Part shown: piece after piece, positions 62,980 through 64,000 of the stretch | How the letters are laid out: each line of letters begins with the position of its first letter | How positions within the stretch are numbered: position 1 is the first letter of the stretch | The notes under the pieces: model-generated | What the model saw: only the letters and a program-made list of their open reading frames with translations | What the model was told of the DNA's origin: nothing | Databases searched by the model: none | From: Trichosphaerium sp. ATCC 40318 | Taxonomy: Eukaryota > Protista > Tubulinea | DNA: 64,000 nt | NCBI GenBank assembly: GCA_038496445.1 | Contig: JALMLS010000596.1 | Coordinates: 186,001-250,000 of the forward strand | Reading direction: 5' to 3' | Program-made: the position numbers and the translations under genes

Positions 62980-64000
62980 TTATATCGATTCATATTCATA
63001 GGGCTTCAAGCACTTTGTAGTAATTAACCCAGGAATGGCATTACATACTATTTCTTGACTCTCTTTTGAAAACCTGTCAAAACCGGAGTCTCTACACAAT
63101 AATTAACTTGGAGTATTGGTGAAAAAAAACTAGCATACTCGTCGAGTTTCAGAATACCTTCCAAAATACCATCACTGTCTTTAGGTGCCCCTGTCATTCT
63201 ACCCATACCCCATCCGATTGAACGACGGGTTTGTATAAGGTTACGGCTAACAATTACCAATATAGGGGCTGGCTAGCGAAAGACTAAGGTACAACCAATG
63301 GACCAACATACAAAAATACTTACATTTCCGCACAACATTCCATTCTGTGTTTTGGTTGTTTGTCGATGTGAAGAACAGCTATGGAATAATATACCCATCG
63401 CTGTAGTTCCACAGCATTGAGGTATCACATTGTACCATTCATCACGAAATGCATAAAAAGGATCTGCACAGTCTTCTGAGTCTTCCTCATTCCATGACAC
63501 TTTTCCTTGAAAACAAAGTTAATGAGTTTATACTGTAGAGAAACACTTGTATTCACGAAATCAAGGTACCCGGGGTGGTGTATATTATTGCGTTTTGAAT
63601 TGTGGCATGCAGTCTCTAGAACAAGGATTAAAAAGCGTTAAAATAGGAAAGGACTAGTCGTTTTTTTCTTTACCACATCCATTTCAAACCAAACATTAAT
63701 CGAATCGACAGCTAATTAATATGATAAGAGATTGAAAAGAGTATAAATCTACAACAAGTACCTTCTGCAATACGATTTGCAGCTTTTTCAATACTTCCAG
63801 AAGCCCTTACGTATGCGACAGTTACAGCAATACTCTATTTGTACACATTGTTAAATGTAATACACTTCATACATCAAACTCACAAGTGTAACTTCATGGA
63901 CTTCTGATGGACAAGGATCAGGAGGAGGCGAAAGAGGTGCCTTGTCTCCAACAGCTGGACCTCTCTTTGTGGTTTGAAACGCTAATTCAGGTTCTCTACA
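62980..64000 (-). CDS. ADAM/reprolysin-like pseudoprotease, copy E (5' part outside window)
   Basis: TKR, LSPPPDPCP, LFHSC, GWGMGRMTGAPKD-SDGIL and DRFSKESQEIVC...KCLKP. Confidence 0.75.

Noticed and set aside
1-64000. Alternative genetic code or prokaryotic origin suggested by the fragmented ORF track
   Set aside because: The fragmentation is explained by short GT/GC-AG introns. Conserved genes end in TAA, TAG or TGA and translate correctly with the standard code.

Overview
This is an AT-rich (about 65% by eye), gene-dense window from a eukaryotic nuclear genome with many short spliceosomal introns (mostly about 35-90 nt). The gene content suggests a free-living protist, probably an amoebozoan (inference). 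Positions 1-20 kb hold mostly single-copy genes: synapsin-like ATP-grasp, a DUF4326 protein, C18orf63-like, C2-RasGAP, a repeat protein with a PD-(D/E)XK/RAP-like domain, MESH1/HDDC3, BTB, F-box, a mitochondrial folate-type carrier and OST48/WBP1. Positions 20-64 kb form an accessory island of secreted and surface families plus mobile DNA. It contains five ADAM/reprolysin-like genes that have all lost the zinc motif, four intronless beta-trefoil lectins, three GPI-type mucin-stalk proteins, F-box/MORN genes and pseudogenes. It also has two copies of a TA-flanked TIR element, one carrying a 3.65-kb cargo with an intact secreted PAN+PLAT gene. Window-wide signals are about 60 CACGTG palindromes (roughly 10x expectation), GTACGT/GCACGT donors with at least five GC-AG introns, a 4-nt microexon and a pre-miRNA-like hairpin. 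Gene models were assembled by eye, so exon boundaries are approximate and no database searches were run.
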